From Lama glama (taxonomy: Eukaryota), in NCBI GenBank assembly GCA_028534125.1, contig CM052817.1, positions 11,658,001-11,722,000 on the forward strand: DNA of 64,000 bases. The letters are read 5' to 3'. Under the pieces are notes generated by a model. The model was given only the letters and a program-made list of their open reading frames with translations, was not told where the DNA came from and made no database searches. The first letter of the stretch is position 1. Each line of letters starts with the position of its first letter. Made by a program: the position numbers and the translations under genes. Shown here piece by piece: positions 52,790 through 64,000 of this stretch.

Positions 52790-53950
52790 ATTCAGAAAAA
52801 TTCTGGTATTTTCTTTTAAAATATTTTTTCTTTCCCATTCTCTGTATTGTTTCTTTCTGAAAGTCCGATTAGGTGTTTTTAGACTTCATCGTTTTATTCT
52901 CAGTATCTTCCTATTTTTCTTCATATTTGCTCTCCTCTCTCTGTGTGCTGCATTCTGGTAATTCCTCTTCATCTTTCAGTTCACTATTTCTGTCTTCTGT
53001 TATGTCTAAACTGCTGTTTACTGTGTCTACTGAATTCCTGTTTTTAATGACCGTATTTTTCATTTCTAGCAGGTCTGCTTTTCTGTCTTTTTCAACTCTG
53101 CCTGGTATCTTTAAATAGTATTCTGATCCCCCTTTTTATTTTGGACTTTTGATACTCTATTTTATTATTTGAACTATTTTTTATATTCTGGTTTTTTATC
53201 TCCAATATCTTTGCTTTTTCAGGCCTGATTGTGCCGTCTGCGGCTTCTGCTGACTATTCACACTCACAATGGCTTGTTTCCTCATGGTTTGTCACTTCTA
53301 ATATAAGTCTGTATTCATTGGAACTTTGTCAATGGGAATTATTTGAATCCTGGGCTTAGATTATGTTCTTCAGAGAAGATTTGGGTCTGTTTCTTCCAGA
53401 CTCCTGGTGAAGCAGAACCTAGGAGATGCTTTTTTTTTTTTTTTTTTTTCGGTTTGGGCTTTTTGCTGTTCATGCAAAAAGTGTAAACCTCTCTGAGTGT
53501 GGGGTTTTGGTTAGGAATTTCCACTTACTTTCTTTCTATTTAAAGCTGAGGTTACTCTAGGTATTATCCTTACTCATTGTAGAATATAGGACAAACTGAA
53601 TATAAGTTTTCCTTTTTTCAGAGTCCTCACCTTCTGTGGGAGTCTGTTTTCACCATGCATTTTCTGGGTTGGGCAGTACCCTTCTTCTGGATGCCTCGTG
53701 TGGCCTATGAATGCTCAGGGTTTAGAATGTTAAGTGCTTCCCATGGGAAAATGCTTCCTGTCTCTGTGAATTTGCGTTTGCTTGTCCTTTACAGCCTGAA
53801 GTATTTTTTTGCCCCTAGTGTTTCAGCTGTTCTTTATGAGATATTTTCTAGATTATTTCATGACTTTGAGGGTCCTCTCCTGGGTGTTATTTTCTGGGCA
53901 TCTAATTCTCCACAATGTTTAGAATGGGGGTACTCATTTTAATATGGTAT
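52790..53950 (-). mobile_element. Old L1/HAL1-like 5' and ORF1 region
   Basis: ttcagaaaaattctggtatttt...gcattctggtaattcctc...tctactgaattcctgtttttaatgaccgtatttttcatttctag. Confidence 0.55.
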
Positions 53951-54179
53951 GATCTTCCCCTACATCATCCACCTTCAACGTATTTGTCTATCTAGAGTTT
54001 CCTGAGGGTCCTGTTCATGAATGTTCCACAGCTAGGGCCTCAAGCTCATACTGGCCAAATTGTTTAATTACTACATTGCTGCCTCTATGACTGGTGACCC
54101 CTTAGAGATCACTTTCCTGCTTGGTCACTGTTGCTGACACCCCCACTCCACTCCTGGAGACAAAGGAATGCACCTATCC

Positions 54180-54477
54180 TTTTTTTTAAACAAACAGGCT
54201 CTGGCCAATCTTGTTAAAGAAAAATTTTGCATGATGTACTTTTTTCCAGTCTGTTCTAACCTGCTTCTAATGATATCAGAACCCCTGGGTTGATGGTAGC
54301 TAGTATGCACACTCTATAGTTTTTCCCACACCCTGTGCCCCATTCAGTGCTGTTGTCACTGTGGTGATGGACACCAGTGTTGGCCAACCTGGCATAGTAC
54401 TGCTCTACTTTAGATTTCCTCCCGGTGGGGCAGTTGTTGGCGAGGATGACCAGTTTCACTTTGCCTTGTCTGATCAT
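54180..54477 (-). pseudogene. RPL30: 5'-truncated processed pseudogene of 60S ribosomal protein L30 (eL30)
   Basis: [32 protein letters not shown]...GT.CGK.YRVC.LA.I.PG plus frameshifted [14 protein letters not shown] matches RPL30 from about M37 to the C-terminus; intronless, 3' UTR and short polyA (T-tract 54180-54187), stop codon lost. Confidence 0.95.
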
Positions 54478-55282
54478 TCCCTTAGCTCCTCCTTCTGGAG
54501 CATTCATAGACTATCCATTTCCCCATGTCTAGCTGAACGCCTGGAGATACTAGAAATAGAATGCAAGCTATGCCACCACTGGAAGCAGCACCCACAGGCC
54601 CAACCCTGAGCTTAGGATTCTTTATCAGGTAGGCTTTGTACCTAACTCAGACCTGCAGCCTATGCTAGTGGCCCTTTCATCCTCTACCCTGGGTGTATCT
54701 CATCTCTCTGGTCCTTAGAATTTAATCCACAATGAGTAACAGCAGCCTCACCTTTATGACCTCTCTACCCCCACATTTCGTATCTACCTAACGCCTGTCC
54801 CTTTGCTGCTCTAGGATTTATCTCTTTAAAGGATAATGGATATAGAGATATGCTTTCTGATCAGGGAAAACCCCTTCCCCTGTTTTAGGAGTGTAATCTG
54901 GCCACGTCAACCCCCAAGACAGTAAGAGCATCATTACATTTTCTAAAACCAGGCATTCCATATTAAAGAGCTCCTCCGCATCCCCATGTGTCATACGCAA
55001 ACCACCGAGTCCAGGCTGTGCTGGGCCAAGCACAGTGCAGCCCCTTCCCCCTAGTTTAAGGTAATGAGGTAAGAGGTATGAGATAAGGGAGGCCAGCTCT
55101 GTGTGTCTACTTGCCATAGCCTGAGCTCTGCTTCTTAAATACGGGCAAGGATACCCACAGTTTCCCAAGAACCACTAATGTAATGTTGAGAGCTAGGACT
55201 TTCTGTATCTATATTTAGAGTTAAAAACATCATTCTCTTACTATACAGGGTTTCAGGAGTTTAAAGTGACAATTTTGCATTT

Positions 55283-55480
55283 GTGATGGTTAATCTTGTG
55301 TGTCAACTTGATTAGGCTGTGGTGCCCAGATATTTGTCAGAATTATTCTGGATGTTTCTGTGTTTTTGGATGATATTTTCATTCAAGTCTATGGAATTTC
55401 AGTAAAGCAGATTGTCCTTCATAATGCAGATAGGCTTCATCCAGTCAGATGAAGTCTGGAATAGAACAAAAGACTGGAGT
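55283..55480 (+). mobile_element. MLT2 (ERV-L) LTR, 5' part
   Basis: tgtgatggttaatcttgtgtgtcaacttgattaggct...gtaaagcagattgtccttcataatg...gaatagaacaaaagactg. Confidence 0.85.
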
Positions 55481-56337
55481 ACAGTCTTGCCCTACCTTCT
55501 TGGGATATCATGACTAAACATTCTGCCTTTACGTGTGATATCATGAAGTTTCTTAGCCAGCTTGCAGACTTTATCCCTGGGTGTGTGTAGGCAACAGTGA
55601 CTGTCAAGGAGATGGGTCCCATCTGACAATCAGGTATGTTTGCTTTGGATTGAATCAGCTATCATTAAATCTAATAAAATTAGTAGTTGCTTTAGAGGTG
55701 ATTATGTGCTTACTATGGTAAGAATGCATTCTCCATTGTTGCTTGAGAGACAAGAGGTATAGACTGGGAAAAACCTGGATAAAGCAAAATAATATGGCTG
55801 ATAATTTATAATTTATTAAGGTATTAAACTGTGTCTCTCTTTCCTATGCTTCTCTCTCTATATATATATGTTATACATATGTATATATGTATTATATATA
55901 TATATATATATGCATATACGCATATATTTTTGATACTCTAGAGGCTTTGTTCTTCCAGGAGTCATTTTACTGACTAACAAATGTTGAAATAAATCTACAA
56001 TTAGGTGACATGATTAAGTGACTTAGTGTTAAGAAGAATTCCAGTGTATTTTTGATGAGCCAGTTTTTCTTTCTCAAGAGCTAGATTAATTAAATAGATT
56101 AATTACACCATAGTACCATAGGCTGGAAAAGAAAATATGATAGGAAGGAACCCTAGAGCTTGACAGCTAGGAGAGAGAAGCTGTGAAGCCCCCCAGAGCT
56201 AGTTCCATCACTTACCAGTGCCAGGAGCTGTATAGGAGGTGAGCCAGGGTGAAGTTGTTCTCTGGCTGCTGCCTGGTTTGGACCAGCTACCAGATGTTGG
56301 GGCTCAGCTTGTAGTGAAAGGGTCATTTGTACCCTGA

Positions 56338-56837
56338 NNNNNNNNNNNNNNNNNNNNNNNNNNNNNNNNNNNNNNNNNNNNNNNNNNNNNNNNNNNNNNN
56401 NNNNNNNNNNNNNNNNNNNNNNNNNNNNNNNNNNNNNNNNNNNNNNNNNNNNNNNNNNNNNNNNNNNNNNNNNNNNNNNNNNNNNNNNNNNNNNNNNNNN
56501 NNNNNNNNNNNNNNNNNNNNNNNNNNNNNNNNNNNNNNNNNNNNNNNNNNNNNNNNNNNNNNNNNNNNNNNNNNNNNNNNNNNNNNNNNNNNNNNNNNNN
56601 NNNNNNNNNNNNNNNNNNNNNNNNNNNNNNNNNNNNNNNNNNNNNNNNNNNNNNNNNNNNNNNNNNNNNNNNNNNNNNNNNNNNNNNNNNNNNNNNNNNN
56701 NNNNNNNNNNNNNNNNNNNNNNNNNNNNNNNNNNNNNNNNNNNNNNNNNNNNNNNNNNNNNNNNNNNNNNNNNNNNNNNNNNNNNNNNNNNNNNNNNNNN
56801 NNNNNNNNNNNNNNNNNNNNNNNNNNNNNNNNNNNNN
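56338..56837. other. Assembly gap, exactly 500 N
   Basis: Direct reading. Confidence 1.
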
Positions 56838-58087
56838 AAAAATGTGTTTATGGATTTACTTAATTTATGCTTTAAACAGTGAGGCAGTTTTTGACCTAAG
56901 TTCCTCTTTCCTACCCGTTACTCTCCACCACCCTCATCCTTTCAGTACTAGAATTTAATAGTATTTTGCCTGTTCCATATGGTTAATAATAGAGACTCTG
57001 TATTGTTCACGTAAATGTAGTTACAGAAGACAAATCCTTTCTCTTGGTGGCTGAGTCTTACCTAAGGAGGAATTAACACATCCTCATGGATATTTCCTCC
57101 TGACATTATTATATTCATTCACAAAGCTATCCCCTGGGTGATGGTTTGTTTAATCATTGTCACCGTATTCCATCCATTTCACAGAAATGCACAGTGAATG
57201 TTCCTAATGCAACTCTCTACTCAAATTGTGGTAAAATTGTATCAAGTGCCTCTTTCGTCCAAAATAACCCCACTACTTTGTTTATATTTTAAGTGACAGA
57301 GGCTCCTGGAATTTGCATTCATCCTTCTGATGTAGATGCTCCCTGGAGAAAATAGTCACACCCACCATAACATGATGAATAAATAATGATCAAAACATTG
57401 AGGGATAGTAATTACTCATCACATTACTACTGTTTAGTTGCTTGTGAGCATTTTGTTAAAAAAATGTATCTGCATAACACAAGGTAGTAAATTTTGTTTT
57501 TTCTAAAATATTTTATAGATAATTAAATCTTGACTGCATACTTGATAGCTTTGTAGACAAATCCCATAATCTGAAATAATTTGGATGTTCTCCTTGGCTC
57601 TGCATCAATGCATTTTATTTTTACTCAGTTATTTTCAATAAGGACAGTCTCTAATGCTCTTTTTTCATTCATATGTGTATTTTCATGAAGCTCTACATGC
57701 CTTTTTTGGGTTGTTCAATGTTGTTTTATCTCCCGATTTGCTTAATTATCCCCCTATTGTAGACCAATTGTATTAAGCAGTTCACTTGGGTACAAAAAAG
57801 TCAGTTTCTCTTTATTCATTGCTGTCTCCATTTTCAAATTGTTTATTCTTCTCCCTGTTTGATGAATATCCAAATCATCTTTGAAGATTTTTGAAATAGA
57901 GAGGTTATTTTGTCTCATGCCAGACTTGGTGAATAGAATCTGTGGCGAATGCCCTCTTGAGAATGTTGAAAAAGCTCTTCTTTTGATGAAGAAGTTTATG
58001 TTGATTGTACCAAGCAAATAATATATACTGTGTGGATACAGCTAAAATCAGCTCCATAACAACCATTATCTTCTCTACCTAGTGTTT

Positions 58088-58134
58088 ACACACGCACACA
58101 CACACACACACTCTCTCTCTCTCTCTCTCTCTCT
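58088..58134. repeat. Compound (CA)n(CT)12 microsatellite
   Basis: Direct reading. Confidence 0.95.
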
Positions 58135-58999
58135 TAATTTAATTTGGGGGTAATTCAAACTGCAGTGAATATAGTCAGTTCTAGCATGACATCACAAACT
58201 GTTTTATGTGGTTCTCTGCCAGTCTCATGGGTTTATGTGCCTCGTATTTCCTCAACTAGAGAATAAACTAAACATCTGAAAGCAAAGTTTCTTTCCTCTA
58301 AATCCTCGGAGTACTCAGCACACAGTGGGGCCTATGGCAATGTCGTCTTCTCCATTCCTGGCCCTTTAAGTGAAGCCAGCTCACCCATATTGTGAAGCAG
58401 ATGGTAGAATACAGCTCCAGTCACAGGTGTTTACCCAGGCTCACCCTGACTTGCCCATTTAACCCTTTCTCTAGTTGACTGAGCTCAGCTCCCATGATTC
58501 CTTTTGTTGGTTTCATGGTTCTTAGCTATTCATTCATCCAGACATTCATTGCACCCCCATGTGTCTATGCCAGATACTGAGGACAAAAGACTATGCTAGC
58601 CTATATATCTTGTCTATCTATACATCCTGTCCTATCTGCCAGCAAGGACCTTGTCATCTGGTGGTACCTGGATAAGAGTTCCTCCCTCAGAGAAAGAAGT
58701 CAGGCAGCCAGTCCTGGCTCTGTGTTAGGACAGGAGGATGCACTGCCCTGACTGCCGTGCTCTAGCTCACATTAAAATACTGGAAATTTTTGAAATACAG
58801 CTAGGTGTTTTTGTGTGAGACATACATTGATTTATATGTTAATCTTATTTCCCCAGCTAGGCTGTAAGCTCCTTGAGGGGGTAAACTGTTATTTGTGTCC
58901 ACTGAAACATACTCAAGAAACATACTGTGTGGATTTATTGATTCCTGTAACTAAGAGATGGATTGGCTATGAGCCTTAGCTCGTATTCCTAAATGATTT

Positions 59000-59720
59000 G
59001 ACTTTTCTTTCACTGCTTTGCACATCTCAGTTCCCTCTCCACTCACCCTGCACTCCAGAACTGGTCAACTAGTCCCCTCTCTTTCAATATCTTCTGCTCT
59101 TTTGGCACCTTGACTTGATCAGCAGGCATCCAATCTTGGATCCAATCAACCGTCAGTTTTTCTGCTGTTACACTCTGGTGGCTGAGCCCTTTGGAGAAAA
59201 ATCAGTCACAAAATGATAGAGATGGAGACCCCAACAGAGTCCTCATCTCCATCTTCATCTGGGCCTAACTCTGCTTGGCACACACTTCTATTATATCTCT
59301 TTCATTAGTGCTTTCTTCTGTTCCCAGGGAAGCTTTTACAACTCTGCTGCTCTTCCTGAGGTCCTCTTCCTCACCATCTCCTCCCTCTGTTTCTGATAAT
59401 AAACTGCACAGAAAGAGTAGAGGCCTTGTGAATATATTCCTCACCTCCCTGCCTCCTTTTTTGGTAGCAAACTCTCACCCTCAATTTCTTCCTCTTGTTT
59501 GAAAGGAAGTAATTCTTCAGCTCTTCCCTTTCCTCTTAAGGCCAATCCCTCCGCCTCTGCCCTTGATCCACTTCCCTCTTACCATTTCAGGCTCTTGCTC
59601 CATCAATTAATCTGTTTCTTTCCTGACTCATTAACCCCTCCCTCTCTACTGGCTCTTTCCCTTCAGCATAAAATTAGATACAAATATCTTCTACCCTAAA
59701 AATCAATTCTGTTTTTCTGC
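59000..59720 (+). mobile_element. L2 LINE fragment
   Basis: cctcttaaggccaatccctccgcctctgcccttgatccacttccctct...ctctctactggctctttcccttcagcataaaa. Confidence 0.7.
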
Positions 59721-59724
59721 CTTG

Positions 59725-60073
59725 CCACAGGATGACAGATTGGGCATTTTGATTGAGGCAACCTGGCAGATGTGCAATACTAGAGCGAGCTATGAAAAAG
59801 ACATAGAACTGGTTAGGTGGCTGACTTTCAACCAAGGTATGAAATGGTGAGCACTTCCATGGAGTTCATGGGAGTGTAAGTGCCAAGACGAACTGAGCCA
59901 ATTACATGGAGGACACCTGACTCCAACCCTTAGCCTGGAGCCTGGATCCTACAAGTTTAGTTTGGCCCAGCCAATTGGCATCTGGTCTGAAGACCTGTGA
60001 ACAAGAAATGAAGCTCAATAGCTGGTGGGAGATTTGTCATGTGGCATTAATGCAGCAATAGCTGACTAATACA
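59725..60073 (+). mobile_element. MLT1-type LTR, 3' part
   Basis: cagccaattggcatctggtctgaagacctgtgaacaagaaatgaagctc...tgcagcaatagctgactaataca. Confidence 0.65.
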
Positions 60074-61199
60074 AGCAGGCGCTTAAAAAGTGGAGAATCA
60101 AAGGGTGGCTTCTCATCCTTCCATGCCCAGAAGGTCCTATTTCTTCCACCCTTCTGGTTGCCAGGGGAAGAAATTAATCTACCACGATAATGCTTATCTT
60201 AATGCATTAAAGTCCTTTCTTTCTGTTTTGTTTTCTTTGCCTTCATCTTTCTTCCTTTCTTCACATTTTTTTCTTCTTTTATCTTCTTTCACTGCTGAAC
60301 CCTTACCTTTTGTTGGGCCCTAGGAATACAAAATATAATAAGATCCACCTACTGGTTTAAAGGGGAAATGGACTGGAAACAGATAATTGATCTACATGCA
60401 AGAGGCCCTTTTATAAAGTTGTATATAAAAGGTGTATGGAAGGTAGAAGAAAAGGGCTAAGTCACCTCTGGGTGTTGCTGCTGACAGTCACTGAACACTT
60501 GGGCCAAGCCTTGTCTGGGAGCAGAATGAACAAGGACACAGTCCCTGCCCTTGCTCCTCTCCTTCCAGCTTTTTGAAGTCAAGGTCTTCACTTCTGTGAC
60601 TACACCCCACTCTTTCTAGTAGGGTTCTTCACATACGTTATTCCCTCTTCTGGAAACCTTCTCTTCCTCTTCACCTGGCCACCAACTTTGGGTCCTTTCC
60701 CAAGGGAGGTCTTTACATGCAGGGGTGGGCTGGGTCCCCTTCTAGAGCAATCATAGTGCTTGATATGTCTCTTACTGTAATAGGTGTCATATTTGAATTA
60801 CTAGTTCAAAAATCTGTTTTCCTTGCCAGCTAACTAGTCCAAATCAAGTCTGTCTAGTTTGCTGCCTCTTCTCTAGCAACTAGTTTACTACAGGACACAG
60901 AGAAGGGACTCAGTGAATATTAAGTGAACTGGGTGGAATTGAATCATTAAAGTCTGATATGTGTGCAACAACAGATATGGGGCTTGGAAGAGGATTTGCA
61001 GAAAGTACGTAAATGATCAGTTAGTACACTTCCTAGGCCCTTGAACAAATGTTCAAATTGCTTCCCAAATACCCACATTGCTATCCAGGTTGATCCCTGA
61101 AGTTGACAAAAAGTGAAAAAAGAAATCCAATTTGGGTCTCCAAGGAGCTCAGTGGTGCTTGCCCTTGCCGAGAACTCTCAAATAGCTAGAAAATTCCAC

Positions 61200-61530
61200 T
61201 CATGAGCAGCTGGCCTCGCTCGTGGCTCATGACGCAGGCTGTGCTTGGTGATAACATTTCCTGGAATTGATATGTATCTGCCATGTGCGCAGCTTGAGGG
61301 CCTCGTCTTATTCACAGAAATACAACCCCTCCTCCCCGGCAGTGCAGCGTAGCCTCTGAATCCCGCTTATCCTGGCAGGAGAGGCTGTTGGGAAGCTGTG
61401 CGGGAGGCCACTGGCTCCACCAGCACTGGGTCCTGGGGACACAGCATCGCAGTACAGGGTCCCTGCTGGCTCGGACACTGTCTTTTGTCTTATTGCTAGT
61501 GCCTGTTCTCCGTATGGTGAAATCACTCGG
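61200..61530. promoter_or_regulatory. Putative enhancer or promoter-like CpG-retaining patch
   Basis: About 13 CpGs in 330 bp; TTCCTGGAA (STAT/GAS) 61258-61266; ATGACGCA 61229-61236; TGATAA 61249-61254. Confidence 0.35.
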
Positions 61531-61795
61531 TTCCTTCTTCTCTTTGTTTGCTGCAAACAATAAAATTATGAAAATTTTTACCTCCTAGAACCAGATGCCC
61601 TGTAGTATCTATGTGACAATTTGAAAAGATTGCTCAAAATTAAGAGGACTATTTTGTATGTACAGAGTCATCTCCATGTCTTCAATGAGTTTGCAGTCAT
61701 CACAGTCATGTGGCTACATGGAATCAGGCACAGACGGCAGGGTTTTCTTAAAATCAACACCCATCATTGCCTGAGGAGCAGCAGCTTTACTAATA

Positions 61796-62075
61796 CAAGG
61801 GTGGCCAAAAGGCTGGTGCTAAGAATAGTTTTTACACTTTCAAATGGTTACCAAAAAAGTCAAGAGAAAAATAACATTCTGGAAGGGGAAAATTAGATGA
61901 CATGCATTTCAGCGCCCGTTAATAAGGTTTGGAACACCTCCATATCTGTTTGTTGAGAGCTCATTTGAAGCTGCTTTCAAGAGCAGAGGTGAATAGTTGG
62001 GACAGAGACCAGGTATGGCTGCCAACACCTAGAATATTTACCGTCTTGCTGTTTACAGAAGTTTGCTGACCCCTG
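61796..62075 (+). mobile_element. MER58-like hAT-Charlie non-autonomous DNA transposon
   Basis: gctaagaatagtttttacactttcaaatggtt...gaatagttgggacagagacc...aatatttaccgtc...tttacagaagtttgctgacccctg. Confidence 0.85.
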
Positions 62076-64000
62076 CGCTGGAGGGATATGGATTTGTTTG
62101 TTGACCCATCCTAAATTTACCAGAGACTTGCTCAAGGGCCCATTTTGTGTTTCTTGGTAGACTGAACTGAATTCCCAGTCTGAGGAAAGATATGTGGCCA
62201 CAGACAGCTCTGTTTGCTTCTCAACTGCCCTTCTCCACTCTCCTTCAGGTTAGGGGGTGTGTGCGATAATCATGACCCAGGAACACAGCTGCCCCAGCAG
62301 GGACCACATTGTGATTCAGCAGAAAAGGTGAAACTAGTGCTCAAATCTTCTGCCTGAACGTCTTGTGAGGTCTTCTTCCTTTAACAGGGTCCTGGGCACT
62401 CAAGAAAACTCAAGGAGTTCTTTTTTTCCCCCTTCTTTAAAGGGATTTATACCTCTGGGAAGAATTACTAAGCAAAGACTCTTGTCTGGATTATGTCAGT
62501 GCACCTTCGATAGGTCTCACTGCCCTCCGCTGGTCTCCTGCACTTTGTTCTTTCCTCTGCTACAGCACACATGCACGGAAGTGTGACCGTTGGCTTCTCT
62601 GTATCTTCTAGACAGTGAGTTCCTTGAGGGCAAGTTTTTTTATATCTCTGTGTTATGAGCATCTGACAAGAGCTAGGCTCATGGGAGATGCTCACAAGAT
62701 GTTCAGGGAATCAACAAAGTCCATGCTCCTCACACGGGGTTACAAATCTGCAGAGTCCATGGTGTTGTGACAAGAGGTCCCTACAGCCCCAGATTATACA
62801 TGGCCTGCCTTTGTGAGTATTTGTAGTACCTAAAGATCTATGGTAGAAATTTTGATTTTTATATTTAAACAAGCATGGCCAGATTACAGAGTAAAGACTC
62901 AGAATGTTTAAAGGTGGAGCACAGACTTCAAAGAACTTGACCTGCTTAAGGTGGCCATTTGGTGGAGGGTCCACCACAGGTCCCTGGAGTGGGGAGGAGG
63001 GTGGCAGATACAAATGCATTCTCTCCTACTGGTGAGGTCTCTGGGTGGAATGGTCAGAGAAGGACTAAAGTGCTGTATTTCTGCAAGTCCTCCATGTGAC
63101 ATTATTAACAGTGGGGTTGGGACAGTCAGATCAAACCTTCTGGTTTGTGAAGGAGGCAGAAAGATGGAACAGAGAGGCCCTTGGTAGGACTTGGTGGACT
63201 TGATCAGTGCTTAGAGATGCATCATACCTTCTGTCAGGGATCCTCAAACATGGATTTAGACCTTTAGCCCAAGGGTCCTTTGAGAATCTGTGAAAAGCTG
63301 TAGACTCTAAGAAATTGCACTATTAACTTGGGTGTAGGAGAACAATACTTTAACTTAATGTTTATCATAATCTTTGCTGCCAGGCGGGGGAATTTAATCT
63401 TAACCAATTTAGAGTTATTCCCTGGGAATGTGACTAAAACCTCAGTGATATGGGGAAGGGTAAAAAATGAGTTAATGTTTAATGAGGTGTAGGTCTGCAT
63501 TGTTCTCCTAGATGACATTGTCCTTGACTCCTTCTGGTCTTCGGTGGTTTTTCCAGCAGACACTCATAAGCTTTCCCTGTCAAGCAGTCTGTCACTCCGG
63601 TCTGTTCTCTCTCCCTAAGCTAGTCATTTTGTTCCTTTAGGTTCTTTTTGCTTCTCCCCTGATGCACTGGGTCACTAGAATCTGGATGGAGCCTGGCTAT
63701 AGCCCTTCTGCACCCCTGTTAGTCTTGGGGAGATTAGGGATCATGCAACACACACCAGGCTTTTACGTACAATTCCATTATATCTGTGGATCTCAGGTTA
63801 ATAACCCCTGCACAAGTCTAAGTCTAAAAAAGGAGGCCTGCTATTTTCAGTGTGAATGGAGGTGAGGAAGAGAGGATGAGGTGAACCAGGAGGTTCTCTC
63901 CTGATGCCCCAACTCCTGCCGGGGGGAAGGAGGGAGGGGAGAAAAGGAGGAGGGGGCACAGCACGTAGCACATCACTGGCAGCAGGCAGCAGCTAGCATC

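Noticed and set aside
56327..56863. 178-aa ORF
   Set aside because: Artifact of translating through the N gap
1..64000. CRISPR array, operon or prokaryotic defence system
   Set aside because: Sequence is mammalian repeat-rich DNA; I saw no regularly spaced direct repeats or gene-dense ORF clusters

Overview
Mammalian non-coding DNA (intronic or intergenic), most likely from a camelid: it carries two tRNA-derived Vic-1-type SINEs and L1 3' ends of the camelid type. I found no intact protein-coding gene, RNA gene or CRISPR array. The ORF track is explained by decayed L1 ORF1/ORF2 pieces, an ERV-L gag remnant, a 5'-truncated RPL30 processed pseudogene and chance ORFs. Most of the window is interspersed repeats (L1, L2, CR1/L3, MIR, MaLR and ERV-L LTRs, hAT fossils), and there is a 500-N gap at 56338-56837. 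The most notable items are: a 5'-inverted L1 block with a 14-bp TSD that splits a MIR and encloses non-L1 polyadenylated cargo (8437-11218); an LTR16-type proviral 5' end whose dead gag resembles the Fv1/MERV-L N-terminal domain (1407-2362); a nested L1/L1/SINE stack (20.2-26.6 kb); a ~70-bp L1 tail with a perfect 15-bp TSD; and several repeat-free islands with transcription-factor motifs or splice signals. I see no convincing new biological system. Repeat family names come from recalled consensus sequences, not a database search, and most repeat boundaries are approximate.
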